From: an uncultured Verrucomicrobiota bacterium | GTDB taxonomy: Bacteria; Auribacterota; JABMQX01 | Reading direction: 5' to 3' | Assembly: GCA_964516325.1 (NCBI GenBank) | Contig: CAZFAP010000004.1 | Coordinates: 3,073-67,072 of the forward strand | Length of the DNA: 64,000 nucleotides | Part shown: positions 36,390 to 47,396 of the stretch, in pieces | Layout: each line of letters starts with the position of its first letter | How positions within the stretch are numbered: position 1 is the stretch's first letter | Position numbers and translations under genes: made by a program | The notes under the pieces: generated by a model | What the model saw: only the letters and a program-made list of their open reading frames with translations | Database searches by the model: none | Told to the model about the DNA's origin: nothing

Positions 36390-39302
36390 ATGCGTTCACG
36401 AGAAACCGTGTCTCAAAACGGACTTGGCCCTTTTAGCGTGAAGAGATTCCCGGCGACATGTTGTCTGGCAGTCTTCCTATTTTCCGTCGCTTGCAGCGAG
36501 GGCCAGCCAACCATGACGGAGGTGAATGTCAGGATTGACGGAGCGCAGCAGTTTCAGCGCATTGATGGCTTTGGCGTCAACGCGAATTCGGCGAGTTGGA
36601 ATGGTCAGGAGTTGAAACCAGCGATAGACTTATTGACCAATACGCTTCGGGCGACGATCTGGCGCGTGGTCGTCGAAACGGAACGGGATTGGGAGGACAA
36701 AAACGACGACGGGAATCCGTTCGTTTTCAACTGGACGTATTACCGCTCGATATACGAAAAGCCCAAGTTTCAAAAGGTCTGGGACCTGATCGCCTATCTC
36801 AATCATAATGGCATGACGGACGGCGTCATGATCAATTTAATGGGGCGTCTTCCTGCATGGATGGGGCGAGAGGTCATCAAAGAGGACAAAGAGGACGAGT
36901 GGGTGGAGATGGTCGTGTCCCTTCTGTACTATGCGAGGAATGTCCGCCACCTCAAGTTTGGCATTTTCGCCCCCATGAATGAGCCAAACATCAGGAATGA
37001 AGGCCCAACGGTTTCGCCCCAGCAATACGTGCGTGTTCTCAAGAAATTGATCCAACGCTTGGACGCGGTTGGTCTGGACAACATTCGCATCGTCGCTCCG
37101 GACGTGGCGGGGATGGGTTCGGGGTTGAATGACTACATGCCCAAGATGATGGCGGACGCCGCAATCATGTCCAGGGTGGCTCATTTCGGTTTGCACAGCT
37201 ATTCGGGTCAAGATACCGACGCGGAGAAGGTCATCAAGAATTCTCCCTACGCGGACCGCGGTTTCTGGATGACGGAATGGAACGCCTGGCGCAACGGGCT
37301 GGACAATGGACAACTCGGCGTCTATGACTATCAGTTTGCGAGCGAGTGCGTTCGATACCTCTTGCAGCACCTGGAGGGCGGCGCGACTGCGGCTCTTGTC
37401 TGGGAAGCCTACGACAGCGTCTATGAGCATCCGCCGAGCACCTGGAGTCTTTGGGGCACACTGGGCTTCGATCAGAGCACCCGCACCTACTCGCCTCGAA
37501 AGCATTTTTATGCCATCGCCCAGGTTTCGAAATTCGTCCCGCCCGGCTCACGGCGGATTGGGGTGTCCGGTTCGACTCAGCAATTTACCGTGTTGGCGTT
37601 CCACGACAAGGTTTCTGGGAAATTAGCGATTGTTGGCGAGAGCCGGCGCGGAACCGACATGCGGCTGAAAGGGGAGCTGCTTAACCTCCCAAACGTATCG
37701 GAGCTGGAGGTCTATTACACCAGCAGCCTGGCGGACCTTCAGAAAGGCGATGATGTTACGGTGCAATCGGACGCATTCTCCGTCGTGATTCCGGCGGAGT
37801 GCATTTTCACCCTCGCTGGCGCCGGCTCCCCCGGTGTCGCGGCACCGGTGTTTGACCCCAACAGCGGGACGTACCCCCAGGGGCAATGCGTCGCTATTAC
37901 CTGTGCCACTCCTGGCGCTGCCATTCGCTACACGGCCGACGGAAGTGAGCCGACTGAATCGTCCTCGTTGTACGAGGTCCCGTTAAGGTTGGGCAGGACA
38001 ACGGCCATCAGGGCGCGCGCTTTCAAGAACGACGGTGTGGAGAGTGACATAGCATCCGCTACATACACCCTCTGGGTGAATCCAGAAGCCCCGGGCTGGT
38101 ACGCCGGAGATATGCACGTGCATCGAAGCGGCGGCGGGCCGCCCATCCCGGTCTCAGCGATCTATGAGGGGATGAGCGAAAACGATGTCGCGGTGGTATC
38201 GTTGCTCGCCGATATGGGAAACGGGGAAGTCAAAGACCCAGCGGAAGACCTTCCTCGTGTCAACGGATCGGACGATCCGGTTTCCGAGCCCGGACGCCTT
38301 GTGCACTGGGACGCGGAATGGCATTACGACCCGGTGGGATGGACGGTTGAACACAAAGTGATTGGGGGGCACGTCATCGCTTTGGGTCTCACGCATGCTC
38401 GTACGATTCCTGCCGAATATACCTATCCGATTTTTGACTGGGCGAGGAAACAAAATGCGGTAACCGGTCTTGCACATCTTCAGTACCTCGAGGAAGGCGT
38501 TCCCCAAGACCTGGACGGGTGTGCGCCGCTGGAATATCCCGTGGAGGCAGCCCTGGGCGCTTGCGATTTTGTGTCGGAGGATGTGGATGGGAACGAGCAC
38601 GCGATACACGCTTACTATCGCTTGTTGAATTGCGGCTTCCGCCCTGGATTAGCCGCGGGCACGGACTATTCATTCAATTTCGGCAGACCCATTGGCGATC
38701 TTCTGACATACGTTCGCGTTCAGGGAGACCTCACCTATCGGAAATGGATCGAGGGCATTGCGAGAGGAAGAACTATCATCTCCCGAAATGGACACAATGA
38801 GTTTCTGGAGTTGAAGGCAAGCGGCAACGCTTTTCCCGGCGACGAGACAAAGCTGACGGGCGGTGGGACTGTCGAAGTCAACGTCAAGTGGACGGCAAGG
38901 CGAAATCTGACGGGAACGATTGAGCTGGTTGCCAACGGATCGGTCGTTGCTCTGAAACAAGCCTCGGTGACGCCGGATTCTCCCGCGGTTCTAAGTACGA
39001 CTGTGAGTTTTTCGAGGAGCGGATGGCTTTGCGCCCGGCGGATGGGCCGTGATGGGCATCAAGCGCATACCGCGGCTGTCTTTGCAATCGTTGATGATGC
39101 CCCGATCCGCGCGAGCGCGGATGACGCGAATTTCTTCCTGAAGTGGATTGACAACTTGCTGGAAAAGACGTCTCCTGGCGGAGCGTGGAGCCGATATTTC
39201 CCGCACGACCGGGAAGCCGCCCACAAGCGTTATCGAAAGGCGCGAGAGATATTTGAGAGAATTGCCACAGAGGCGCAGGAATTGGCCAAAACGAGCCGAT
39301 AG
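36390..39302 (+). CDS. Secreted multidomain protein: clan GH-A glycoside hydrolase (GH5/GH30-like), a chitobiase/hexosaminidase-C-like domain and a PHP (CehA/McbA-like) metallohydrolase domain
   Basis: QRIDGFGVN. Acid/base motif FAPMNEPN. Nucleophile motif WMTEWN. ...YTADGSEPTESSSLYEVPLRL... PHP motif GDMHVHRSGGG. Confidence 0.6.
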   Translation: MRSRETVSQNGLGPFSVKRFPATCCLAVFLFSVACSEGQPTMTEVNVRIDGAQQFQRIDGFGVNANSASWNGQELKPAIDLLTNTLRATIWRVVVETERDWEDKNDDGNPFVFNWTYYRSIYEKPKFQKVWDLIAYLNHNGMTDGVMINLMGRLPAWMGREVIKEDKEDEWVEMVVSLLYYARNVRHLKFGIFAPMNEPNIRNEGPTVSPQQYVRVLKKLIQRLDAVGLDNIRIVAPDVAGMGSGLNDYMPKMMADAAIMSRVAHFGLHSYSGQDTDAEKVIKNSPYADRGFWMTEWNAWRNGLDNGQLGVYDYQFASECVRYLLQHLEGGATAALVWEAYDSVYEHPPSTWSLWGTLGFDQSTRTYSPRKHFYAIAQVSKFVPPGSRRIGVSGSTQQFTVLAFHDKVSGKLAIVGESRRGTDMRLKGELLNLPNVSELEVYYTSSLADLQKGDDVTVQSDAFSVVIPAECIFTLAGAGSPGVAAPVFDPNSGTYPQGQCVAITCATPGAAIRYTADGSEPTESSSLYEVPLRLGRTTAIRARAFKNDGVESDIASATYTLWVNPEAPGWYAGDMHVHRSGGGPPIPVSAIYEGMSENDVAVVSLLADMGNGEVKDPAEDLPRVNGSDDPVSEPGRLVHWDAEWHYDPVGWTVEHKVIGGHVIALGLTHARTIPAEYTYPIFDWARKQNAVTGLAHLQYLEEGVPQDLDGCAPLEYPVEAALGACDFVSEDVDGNEHAIHAYYRLLNCGFRPGLAAGTDYSFNFGRPIGDLLTYVRVQGDLTYRKWIEGIARGRTIISRNGHNEFLELKASGNAFPGDETKLTGGGTVEVNVKWTARRNLTGTIELVANGSVVALKQASVTPDSPAVLSTTVSFSRSGWLCARRMGRDGHQAHTAAVFAIVDDAPIRASADDANFFLKWIDNLLEKTSPGGAWSRYFPHDREAAHKRYRKAREIFERIATEAQELAKTSR

Positions 39303-39400
39303 GCGTCCTCTGAAAAACCGGCAGATTCCTGGAACACCCCTCTGAGCGGCGGAAAGTCGTTTTGGCAGTGACTCTGAACAAAGTTCCGAGGGAAAAACAC

Positions 39401-42400
39401 ATGAACAGATTCTCGTCGAGGTTGCGCTGGACGTCGTCCACTTTGAGCATCGTGGCTGCGACGGTTGTTTCCGTGGCGCAGCTCTGTCCCGCGGAGGAGA
39501 ATCTCGCCCTGGTCGGGCGTGATGGAACCGCGCGAAATTGGGAACCGGGAGTCCCGACCATCTGCGGGCAGGAGCCGGACAAGGCGAATGACGGCAGTTT
39601 TCATACGTACTGGATGGTCCGCGCCGAGAGCCTCCCCGCCGATTTGGGTGTCGAGTGGGCTGAGGCGCGGCGCATCGCCAGCGTCATTGTCCGTTACTTC
39701 GACGGGCGGATGGTTCGCGGGCCGGCGGTCGCCCGCACCCAGCAATGGGCGCGGCTGCAATGTTGGCAGAACTCGGAGTGGAACGACCTCGACGCCGAAG
39801 TGTTGGGACAAGAAACTTCTGTGGTCCGATACGTCTTCTTGCCCGTTACGACCTCTCGAATCAGGCTTCTTTTCACGGAGCCGCCGGACCCGGAAGCTCG
39901 CCGCTCGCCGGACAGACTGGGCATTTATGTCTGCGAGCTGGAGGCGTTCGAGGACGTTCCGTTTCAGTGGGTCAGTTCTCCGAACAGACTGACGGGTGCG
40001 GCGCGACGGGGACCGCCCTACAATGAGCCGCCCACCGGCGACTGCGGGCTGGATGTGGTAGGTGCCTTGATCATCGAGCCAAAGCAAACGCGCATCTTCA
40101 CGGATACGCTCACGCCGACCTTGATTGTCTCCGAAAGCCGCTGGGCAAATGAACCGTGTCTCGTCGAGCAGCCCGATCCGAACACGTGCAGGCTGAGGAA
40201 TGGTTTCGTTCAACTTGAGCTCTCGACGTCGGCGGTGCTCAAGGAGACAAGCGTGGTCAACCGTGTTACGGGTGACGCGGTTTCGACGCCGGGTTCCCGG
40301 TTATTCCTGATTCGCACGGATGATCGAGAACTGACGTCTGCCGACTTCAAGCTTCGTCGGATGGACGCTGCCGGTTCCGACGATCAGTGCTGCCGCGTGC
40401 GATTTGAACTGACCTCTGAGAACCTCGATGCTGCAATCCACTACGAACTGCGACGCCAGGACCATTTCTATCACAAGTGGCTGACGCTCTCGAATAAGGC
40501 GGGTTCGGACCTGCTCGTCCGAGACGTGGTTGTTTCATCGCTCGGACTTCCCCGCCCGGTGGGCCTGATGGCGGGAGCAGAACTGACCTACCCCGTTTCG
40601 ACTCTGGAAAAGGGCGGTTTCTTCTCCTGCCTCGAAACGGTCTATTGGGAGCATCGCGGCGATACGCTCGTCTATTTCCCCGCAGCCGCCGTCAAGCCGG
40701 GGCAGACCTTTGAGTCGGAGAGGGCGGTAGTCGGCGTGTTCAAGAAGCGAGGGGAGACCGTAGCAGGTTGGGACCGCGGCGTTCGCGAGTGGGTCGTGGA
40801 ATACCACGCACAGGTTTCACCGCTGCCAGAAGCATGGCCCGACGTTTATTGTGAAGCCTGGTCCGCCAAGTTCGGGATCAGGGAAATTCGTGAACGTCCC
40901 GAATGGTCGGAGCGCTTCATGGCGACAGCTCAGAAGCTCGGGATTCGCTACATGGACCTGTTTGAACCCACGCATGAGGCAGCGGCGATGCCCGCGGAGT
41001 GGGTCAAGCGGGCCGTGGACCTCGCCCAACGCCATGCCATCGGTACCGGTTTCTGGACGGATTTTGGGTCCGGCGGCGACTTCTATGGAGGTCTCGGCGT
41101 GAATTTGGGACCGCACCGCTGCAAGCTCTCTCCGGAAGCGGAAGCCTATTTCAAGAGGATGGTTGAATTAACGCGCGCGCACCAGTTCAAGGCTTTGCAC
41201 TGGGGAGACTTTTTGGCTGTCTGGCCATGTTCTGAAGCGGGGCATGGCCATTTGCCCGGCAAATACTCAATCTATGCGCAGGGTCAACGGATGCTGCGAT
41301 TTCGTCAGGAGCTAAAGGAGGCGAGCCCGGGAATCATGCTGGGCGCCGACGGCGGATTCACAAATCCTCAGTATGTTCGACACGAAGACAGCCGCGCGCA
41401 CGGAATATTCTATGGCGGCATTGACGGCGACCACTGGTCCTGCGTTGAGCCAGACATTCATCTCGATCGCCTTTATGCCGGGATGAATCGTGCCTGGGTT
41501 GTCGGGGGTTATTGGGTCTTTCTGCGGCCGTGGTTCCGAATGATTAACTGTGTCAATCATTTTGGACAGGAGACGCATCGCCACGACCGGGCGGGCTTCC
41601 GCTATGGGATGCTAAGCGCCATCGCGATGGCAGCTCAGGTGACTTTCAACGATGTTCCCGTTGACATGCCGGAAAGTGAAATCGAATTTGCCCGTCGCTG
41701 GTTGTCCTGGGCGAGAGAGAATAAGGATTACCTGAGGCAAGGCGACAAGCTCTTCGACAGGTCGCTGCACTTCGCCGACGTCTGGCAGGGGAATGCGGAA
41801 GCCTTGTCGGGATTCGCTCATATTCGAAAGGACCGGGGACATGTGTTCTTGCTCAATCCCTCACCCGTCGAGCAAATCGCTGACCTGACTCTGTCGCTGG
41901 ACGTGTCCGCGTCGGAACGACTGACGGTGGAGGAAGTCTATCCCGGCGGCATGACGCTGCAAGGTCCCGCCGATGGCATGTATCTGAACGGTGAGAAGCT
42001 TCGTGTTACGGTCCCTGCGAAACAAGTTCGCATTCTTTGGATTGCTCCTGCCTCCAGCAGCGGAAGGAGTGCACCGGTTCAACCGGAAAATGCGCGCGTT
42101 GCCGAATATAGGCGGTACGTCGGGAAATGGGAAATCACAGAGAAAACGTCCGAATTCGCGAGACTCCGCGCTCGATTCACGTTTCCAAACGGCGGAGAAC
42201 GTTTCTTGTCCCCCGCGGTTCCGGAGTCCGCCTGGTCGGAGGAGCCGTGGGCTTACGACAAGGCTTACATGGTGTTTCTGCTGAAGGATGAGTTGGAAGA
42301 ATTGAACAACAATTGGGTGTCCGACCACCTCTCCGTTCCCGGAGCCTCCGGTGGCCGGCTGACAGTCACGTTGAATGGCGTCTCAAAGACCGCCCGTCCA

Positions 42401-42568
42401 TTCAAGACGAAGCGTTTCCAGAGAGGCGGCGTGACCCGCTGCTTCTTCGCGGACCTCGGCGAAGAGGTGAAACTCGATCAATCGAACGCGGTTGAGGTCG
42501 TGCTCCCAATCCAGAGCGGTCTCGTTTTTTCCGGCGCGTACATAGACTTGCCCGATCAAATGCCCTGA
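39401..42568 (+). CDS. Large secreted protein with an N-terminal discoidin (F5/8 type C) domain; function unknown
   Basis: Signal peptide MNRFSSRLRWTSSTLSIVAATVVSVAQLCPA. A galactose-binding-like N-terminal domain. The rest is unassigned. Confidence 0.5.
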   Translation: MNRFSSRLRWTSSTLSIVAATVVSVAQLCPAEENLALVGRDGTARNWEPGVPTICGQEPDKANDGSFHTYWMVRAESLPADLGVEWAEARRIASVIVRYFDGRMVRGPAVARTQQWARLQCWQNSEWNDLDAEVLGQETSVVRYVFLPVTTSRIRLLFTEPPDPEARRSPDRLGIYVCELEAFEDVPFQWVSSPNRLTGAARRGPPYNEPPTGDCGLDVVGALIIEPKQTRIFTDTLTPTLIVSESRWANEPCLVEQPDPNTCRLRNGFVQLELSTSAVLKETSVVNRVTGDAVSTPGSRLFLIRTDDRELTSADFKLRRMDAAGSDDQCCRVRFELTSENLDAAIHYELRRQDHFYHKWLTLSNKAGSDLLVRDVVVSSLGLPRPVGLMAGAELTYPVSTLEKGGFFSCLETVYWEHRGDTLVYFPAAAVKPGQTFESERAVVGVFKKRGETVAGWDRGVREWVVEYHAQVSPLPEAWPDVYCEAWSAKFGIREIRERPEWSERFMATAQKLGIRYMDLFEPTHEAAAMPAEWVKRAVDLAQRHAIGTGFWTDFGSGGDFYGGLGVNLGPHRCKLSPEAEAYFKRMVELTRAHQFKALHWGDFLAVWPCSEAGHGHLPGKYSIYAQGQRMLRFRQELKEASPGIMLGADGGFTNPQYVRHEDSRAHGIFYGGIDGDHWSCVEPDIHLDRLYAGMNRAWVVGGYWVFLRPWFRMINCVNHFGQETHRHDRAGFRYGMLSAIAMAAQVTFNDVPVDMPESEIEFARRWLSWARENKDYLRQGDKLFDRSLHFADVWQGNAEALSGFAHIRKDRGHVFLLNPSPVEQIADLTLSLDVSASERLTVEEVYPGGMTLQGPADGMYLNGEKLRVTVPAKQVRILWIAPASSSGRSAPVQPENARVAEYRRYVGKWEITEKTSEFARLRARFTFPNGGERFLSPAVPESAWSEEPWAYDKAYMVFLLKDELEELNNNWVSDHLSVPGASGGRLTVTLNGVSKTARPFKTKRFQRGGVTRCFFADLGEEVKLDQSNAVEVVLPIQSGLVFSGAYIDLPDQMP

Positions 42569-42604
42569 CACGCGGCAACCAAGAACTCCGAAGAGGTGGG
42601 TCCC

Positions 42605-45388
42605 ATGAGACATGTTGCGATCGGCGTTATCCTTTCTGTCGTTTTGCTTGGTCAAGCTCACGGTTCCGACGTTCCCGAGCAGCTCAAGGTGAGCGTTTCC
42701 TGGGGACATGAGGCGACCTCGAGCGCTCCGTACTTCCTCAGACTCGCGCCCAATGGATTTGAGGTCACCAAGCCGAAGCCCATGCAGCTTGAGCCAACGG
42801 ATGGCTTCAAGGACGGCGCCTGGCAGGGCGCGGCAGGCGCCAGCGATGTGGATGGCTGCGAATTCATTTTGGTCTATCCGAAGCAGCCTCCCAATCGCCA
42901 GCGAAAAGAGCACGTCATCTGGACGCACCTACTGCGCGAAGGCGACCCCGAGGCGGCAAATCGGCTGCGGCAGGATCCCGCGTTCGATCCCGATCTTCTG
43001 GTCCTCACGCTGCAAATGAATAGCGAGGGCACGCGGGGCTTTTCCGTCGCCGTTGACCAGTTGATTTGCAACAGGGCCATCTGGGCGCCCGAGATGGACG
43101 TTTTTCTCACGGCTGGCGAGCCGTTGGTTTCATTCGAGGATCACAAGAAGTCCCTGGAGCCATTCAAGGGGCAGCGCGTGCTCAACCGCGTGCGCAGGGA
43201 GCCGGAGGCGACCTACGAGCAGTTCATCTCCCTCTGGGCGGATATGGGCGATCCGAGAAACGACCATCCCAACCACATCGTCGGCCTGACGTGGGACAGC
43301 GCCATTCACAAGTTCGGCATAGACCGCCTCGCCGGAGTGCGCAGTGACCTGGGCAATCCCGGCCAATTCCGGTTCGCGTTCGATCTCAGCGGGTTCACGT
43401 GGAAAGGGCAGAAGCTCGATGACGGGCTTCCGATTATGACGACCGCGCTCGAAAAGGATGGAATCGCCATTGAAATCGAGCAGTTCGCGTATCCGCTGAA
43501 TGGACCGCCGCCGGAGCGTCGAGGCGACATCCCAATGGTTCTCCTCCAGAAGGTCAAACTGACAGAATCGCGCGGTGAGCCGCGCATGCTCTCTCTCCCT
43601 CTAAACCATCTCCGGCAGTTTCCGAAGGCGCAGGAAGTCGTCCTCGCCGCGCAGCGGATCGCAGGCAACATTCTGCTCGAGGACAGTAAATCTCACCGGG
43701 TGCTCCTGACCATCGAAGGAACCGATGCCGACGTAAAGCTCCTGGAATCCACCGAGAAAAGAGACGACAGGGCAGAGGTGATTCACCGGAACGTCAACGT
43801 CGAGGTTCCGCTTGACCTCGCCGCCCTCGGCTCACGCGAATTCATCGTGAAACTGCCGTCGCCTGTCGTCGAGCCGGGGGATTGTGAGAGACTCCTGAAT
43901 CTTGGTTACGCCGTCGCACGCCAGAGCACAAGGCGATTCTGGTTGGACTTTCTTTCCCGCGGGGCTCAGTTCCGCGTTCCAGAGAAGGTAGTGAATGACC
44001 TGTTCCGAGCCAACCTCTGGCACGCGTTGCGGCTACCGCGACGACATGGTGGGCGGGAACCCAACGTCCGGATTGACCTGCCCTACTCGAATTTTGCCTA
44101 CGAGCAGAACGGCGTCCCGTGGCCGGTCAATCAAGCGGTTTACGTGGATTACATGCTCTATGACCTGCGCGGATACCATGACCTCTCCCTGGAGGAACTC
44201 CTTACCATCTATGGCAGCAACCAGCAGCAGGACGGGCGGATTGTCGGTTTCGCGAACTGGGGCGTTTACACTCCGGCGATGGTCTATTCCTCCGCCAAGC
44301 ACTGCCTTCTTTCAGGCAGCAGGCACGACCTGGAGCAACTCCTTTCTCCGACTCTGAAAGCCGCGGACGGGTGTCTCGCCGAAATGAAGAAGGCTTCTGA
44401 AGTCGAAGGGCCGGGTAAGGGACTGGTTTTGGCGCCGTTGAATGATCTGACGCATGAGGCGAGAGCTTGGTCATTCAATCAAGCCTATTTCTACGCCGGT
44501 TTCGACGTGCTGGGGAGGCTGCTACGGCAAATCGGGCATCCGCGTGCGGAGGAGTTTCGCGGCGCAGCCAGGGCGATGCATGAAGCGACTGATCGCGGCT
44601 TTGCCCAGGCCTGCATACGTTCACCGTTGGTGCAGTTGCGCGATCACACTTGGATTCCATACGTCCCCGCGGACGCGCTCACCCCGCGTCGCCTGATCGA
44701 GGTCTGGTATCCGACGGACGTGGACACGGGACCGCTTCACCTCCCTCGTTTGAAGGCGCTCGATCCGAGTGGTCCCCTCGCCACCTATCTCCTCCACGAC
44801 CACGAGGACAACCTATATTTCAAGGGCTGGGGCATGGCGAACGAGCCGGTCTATAACCCGCAGGCGACGGTCTATCTGTTGCGCGACGACCCAAAGGGCG
44901 CCAGTCGCGCGTTCTACAGTTATATGGCGTGCGCCTTCAGCCACACCGTCCTCGAGCCGGTGGAACATCGCTGGGGCTGGGGGCAGTTCTTCGGGCCGCC
45001 AAGCACGGACGGCGCCTGGTTTGAGCTGTATCGCAACATGCTCATTCAAGAGCGAGACGACGACACCGTGCTTCTTTTCGCAGCTACTCCGAGGAGGTGG
45101 CTGGAGGATGGCAAGAGAGTCGAAGTCGAGCGCGCACCCACTTATTACGGAACCCTCTCGGCGACCGTCGAGAGTAGAGCTAACAACGGTAGAATCACGG
45201 CAGAGATCAGACCATCCGGTCCCCGCCAGCCGAAGGCCCTGCTCGTCCGCTTTCGCCATCCTCAAGCAACCCCGATGCGATCCGTCAGTGTCAACGGTCA
45301 ATCCTGGACGGACTTCGATGTCGAGAAGGAATGGGTTCGCATCAACAACCCGACAGCGCAGCGGTATCTCATCGAGGTGAATTATTGA
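42605..45388 (+). CDS. Large secreted hypothetical protein, possibly a glycoside-hydrolase-like alpha/alpha toroid
   Basis: RBS AGAGGTGG. Signal peptide MRHVAIGVILSVVLLGQAHG. No recognisable motif. Confidence 0.45.
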   Translation: MRHVAIGVILSVVLLGQAHGSDVPEQLKVSVSWGHEATSSAPYFLRLAPNGFEVTKPKPMQLEPTDGFKDGAWQGAAGASDVDGCEFILVYPKQPPNRQRKEHVIWTHLLREGDPEAANRLRQDPAFDPDLLVLTLQMNSEGTRGFSVAVDQLICNRAIWAPEMDVFLTAGEPLVSFEDHKKSLEPFKGQRVLNRVRREPEATYEQFISLWADMGDPRNDHPNHIVGLTWDSAIHKFGIDRLAGVRSDLGNPGQFRFAFDLSGFTWKGQKLDDGLPIMTTALEKDGIAIEIEQFAYPLNGPPPERRGDIPMVLLQKVKLTESRGEPRMLSLPLNHLRQFPKAQEVVLAAQRIAGNILLEDSKSHRVLLTIEGTDADVKLLESTEKRDDRAEVIHRNVNVEVPLDLAALGSREFIVKLPSPVVEPGDCERLLNLGYAVARQSTRRFWLDFLSRGAQFRVPEKVVNDLFRANLWHALRLPRRHGGREPNVRIDLPYSNFAYEQNGVPWPVNQAVYVDYMLYDLRGYHDLSLEELLTIYGSNQQQDGRIVGFANWGVYTPAMVYSSAKHCLLSGSRHDLEQLLSPTLKAADGCLAEMKKASEVEGPGKGLVLAPLNDLTHEARAWSFNQAYFYAGFDVLGRLLRQIGHPRAEEFRGAARAMHEATDRGFAQACIRSPLVQLRDHTWIPYVPADALTPRRLIEVWYPTDVDTGPLHLPRLKALDPSGPLATYLLHDHEDNLYFKGWGMANEPVYNPQATVYLLRDDPKGASRAFYSYMACAFSHTVLEPVEHRWGWGQFFGPPSTDGAWFELYRNMLIQERDDDTVLLFAATPRRWLEDGKRVEVERAPTYYGTLSATVESRANNGRITAEIRPSGPRQPKALLVRFRHPQATPMRSVSVNGQSWTDFDVEKEWVRINNPTAQRYLIEVNY

Positions 45389-45404
45389 GAACAGGAGGGA
45401 CGTT

Positions 45405-46793
45405 ATGAAGCGTGTTATTGGCGTCTTCTTCATCGCTTTGCTGGGCGTTCAAGCAGTTTGTGCGCAACCGCGTGAGACCTCTATCACAATCTCGTTTGCT
45501 GAACGGCTCGGACCGCTCGAGATAGACCGCATGGCCCTCGGGCAGGGCGGCCTGTCAGAAGAACCGATGTGGGCGGATCGGATTCCGGAGATTCGCGCGC
45601 TGCGTCCGTGTCTGATCCGCCTGTTTGTCCAGGAGTATTTCGACCTTCTTCCCGAGCGCGGTCGCTATCACTTCACGACGCTGGACCGTTCCGTTGACAC
45701 GATCCTGAAAACCGGCGCCAAGCCGCTCATGTGCATTTGCTTCAAACCGCGAGTGCTTTTCCCCGTCGTGAATCAGGATGTTGTTGAGCCGAACGACTAC
45801 GAGGAATGGGAGCGGCTGGTTTACAACCTCGTGAAGCATTACCGCGACTCGGGCGCCGCAATTCGCTACTGGGAAATTACGAACGAGCCGGACATCGGCG
45901 AGAGCGGCGGTTGCCCCTATCGTTTCCAACCGGAGAGCTACGTGCGCTATTACAAGCGGACCGCCGCTGCCATTTTACGAGCGGATCCCGAGGCGCGGGT
46001 CGGGGGACCGGCTTTAGCCAGCGTTCGCTCACCGATATTTCCCGCATTGCTGAGTCTTTGCGACAAGGAGAGTGTGCCCCTCCACTTCGTGTCCTGGCAC
46101 ATTTACAGCAGCGATCCGGGGCAGATTCGCGAAACCATTCATTACGTCCAGGACCTGCTCAAGAAGTACCCCGGTTTGAAGCCGGAGACGATCCTCGACG
46201 AGTGGAACATGGACTTGATGAATCCTCCGCTCGATGCACGATTCCAACCGTGCTTCATTGCAGAGGTCATCTGGCAGATGAAAGAGGCAGGGCTTGACTA
46301 CTCGTGCTATTACCACATTCGGGATTATCACGTTTCTTATGAACGGTTCGCACCGTTCATGTCGCCGCAGGGAACTGCTTTCATGACGAGGTGGTGGAAT
46401 CGGATGCCCCAGTTCGATGGCCTGTTCGACTACCAGAACAACGTGCGGCCGTCCTACTTCGCGTTCAAGCTGCTTTCTCGTCTCGCCGGCGAACGACTGC
46501 GTCTTGCTTCTTCCGACGCGGCCGTCCACGGATTCATGACGCACGACGACAAGCTTCAGACCTACAATCTTCTGCTCTGGAATTTCTCAGAATCACCGGC
46601 GGACGTGGCACTCTCGCTGGAGAACCTGCAGAAGAACATGAAGGTGCGGCATCTCGTTCTTGATGCTTTGGCTCCCAGCGCAGACGAGAACGCGCGCCTC
46701 CATCTTGAACGCCTCGCGGAACTCAAAAAAGGAACCCAGCAACTGCGAGTCCACTTCGACCCATATGCCGTAAGGTTCTGGTCGCTCGAGTGA
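45405..46793 (+). CDS. Secreted clan GH-A glycoside hydrolase (GH39-like)
   Basis: RBS AGGAGGGA. Signal peptide. Acid/base motif WEITNEPD. Nucleophile motif ILDEWNMD. Confidence 0.6.
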   Translation: MKRVIGVFFIALLGVQAVCAQPRETSITISFAERLGPLEIDRMALGQGGLSEEPMWADRIPEIRALRPCLIRLFVQEYFDLLPERGRYHFTTLDRSVDTILKTGAKPLMCICFKPRVLFPVVNQDVVEPNDYEEWERLVYNLVKHYRDSGAAIRYWEITNEPDIGESGGCPYRFQPESYVRYYKRTAAAILRADPEARVGGPALASVRSPIFPALLSLCDKESVPLHFVSWHIYSSDPGQIRETIHYVQDLLKKYPGLKPETILDEWNMDLMNPPLDARFQPCFIAEVIWQMKEAGLDYSCYYHIRDYHVSYERFAPFMSPQGTAFMTRWWNRMPQFDGLFDYQNNVRPSYFAFKLLSRLAGERLRLASSDAAVHGFMTHDDKLQTYNLLLWNFSESPADVALSLENLQKNMKVRHLVLDALAPSADENARLHLERLAELKKGTQQLRVHFDPYAVRFWSLE

Positions 46794-47003
46794 AGAAGTC
46801 GAACGGATGAATGGAGGGACCCTGTAAGATGCCCGCGTGCCCATGGACGAATCAGGGGCAGGACAGGTCCGAGGGCAAATGTCAACATGCTCGGTTGACA
46901 ACCCGCGATACTCGTCAACGGTAAGGCGCCGGTTCACGAACAGCCGATTGGCTCCGACGATGGGGTCGTTCAGGGCCATTTTGGAGACGGAAAGGAGGAG
47001 TAA

Positions 47004-47396
47004 GTGGGAGAAGAGATTTTCCAGGTAGATGCGTTCACGGACAGAGCCTTTGCAGGGAATCCGGCTGCGGTCTGCATCCTGAAAAAGGCACGCGATGACG
47101 ACTGGAGGCAGAACGTGGCAAAGGAAATGAACCTGTCGGAAACAGCGTTCTTGCGAAGGGGACATGACCATTTCAGTTTACGTTGGTTTACGCCGGTCGT
47201 GGAGGTTGAGTGGAAACCCGATGTCCGTCGGGAGGGCCGGAGTCTTTCTCTTGAGGAAAGTGAGGCGTTATCGCGGAATCTCAGACTCTTCCCGCGCCCT
47301 GATCGGGTGGGATCACGCGTAGTCGCCCGCCGCGGCGCCCGCCCCATTGTGCTTCAAGTAGTAAGCACACTAACTCATAAATCCAGTAACGTATGA
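47004..47396 (+). pseudogene. Truncated PhzF-family (phenazine-biosynthesis-like isomerase) gene fragment
   Basis: Intact N-terminus EIFQVDAFTDRAFAGNPAAVC...LSETAFLRR...LRWFTPVVEVE. It then diverges and stops at ~130 aa, against ~280 aa expected. A repeat element begins immediately downstream. Confidence 0.5.
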
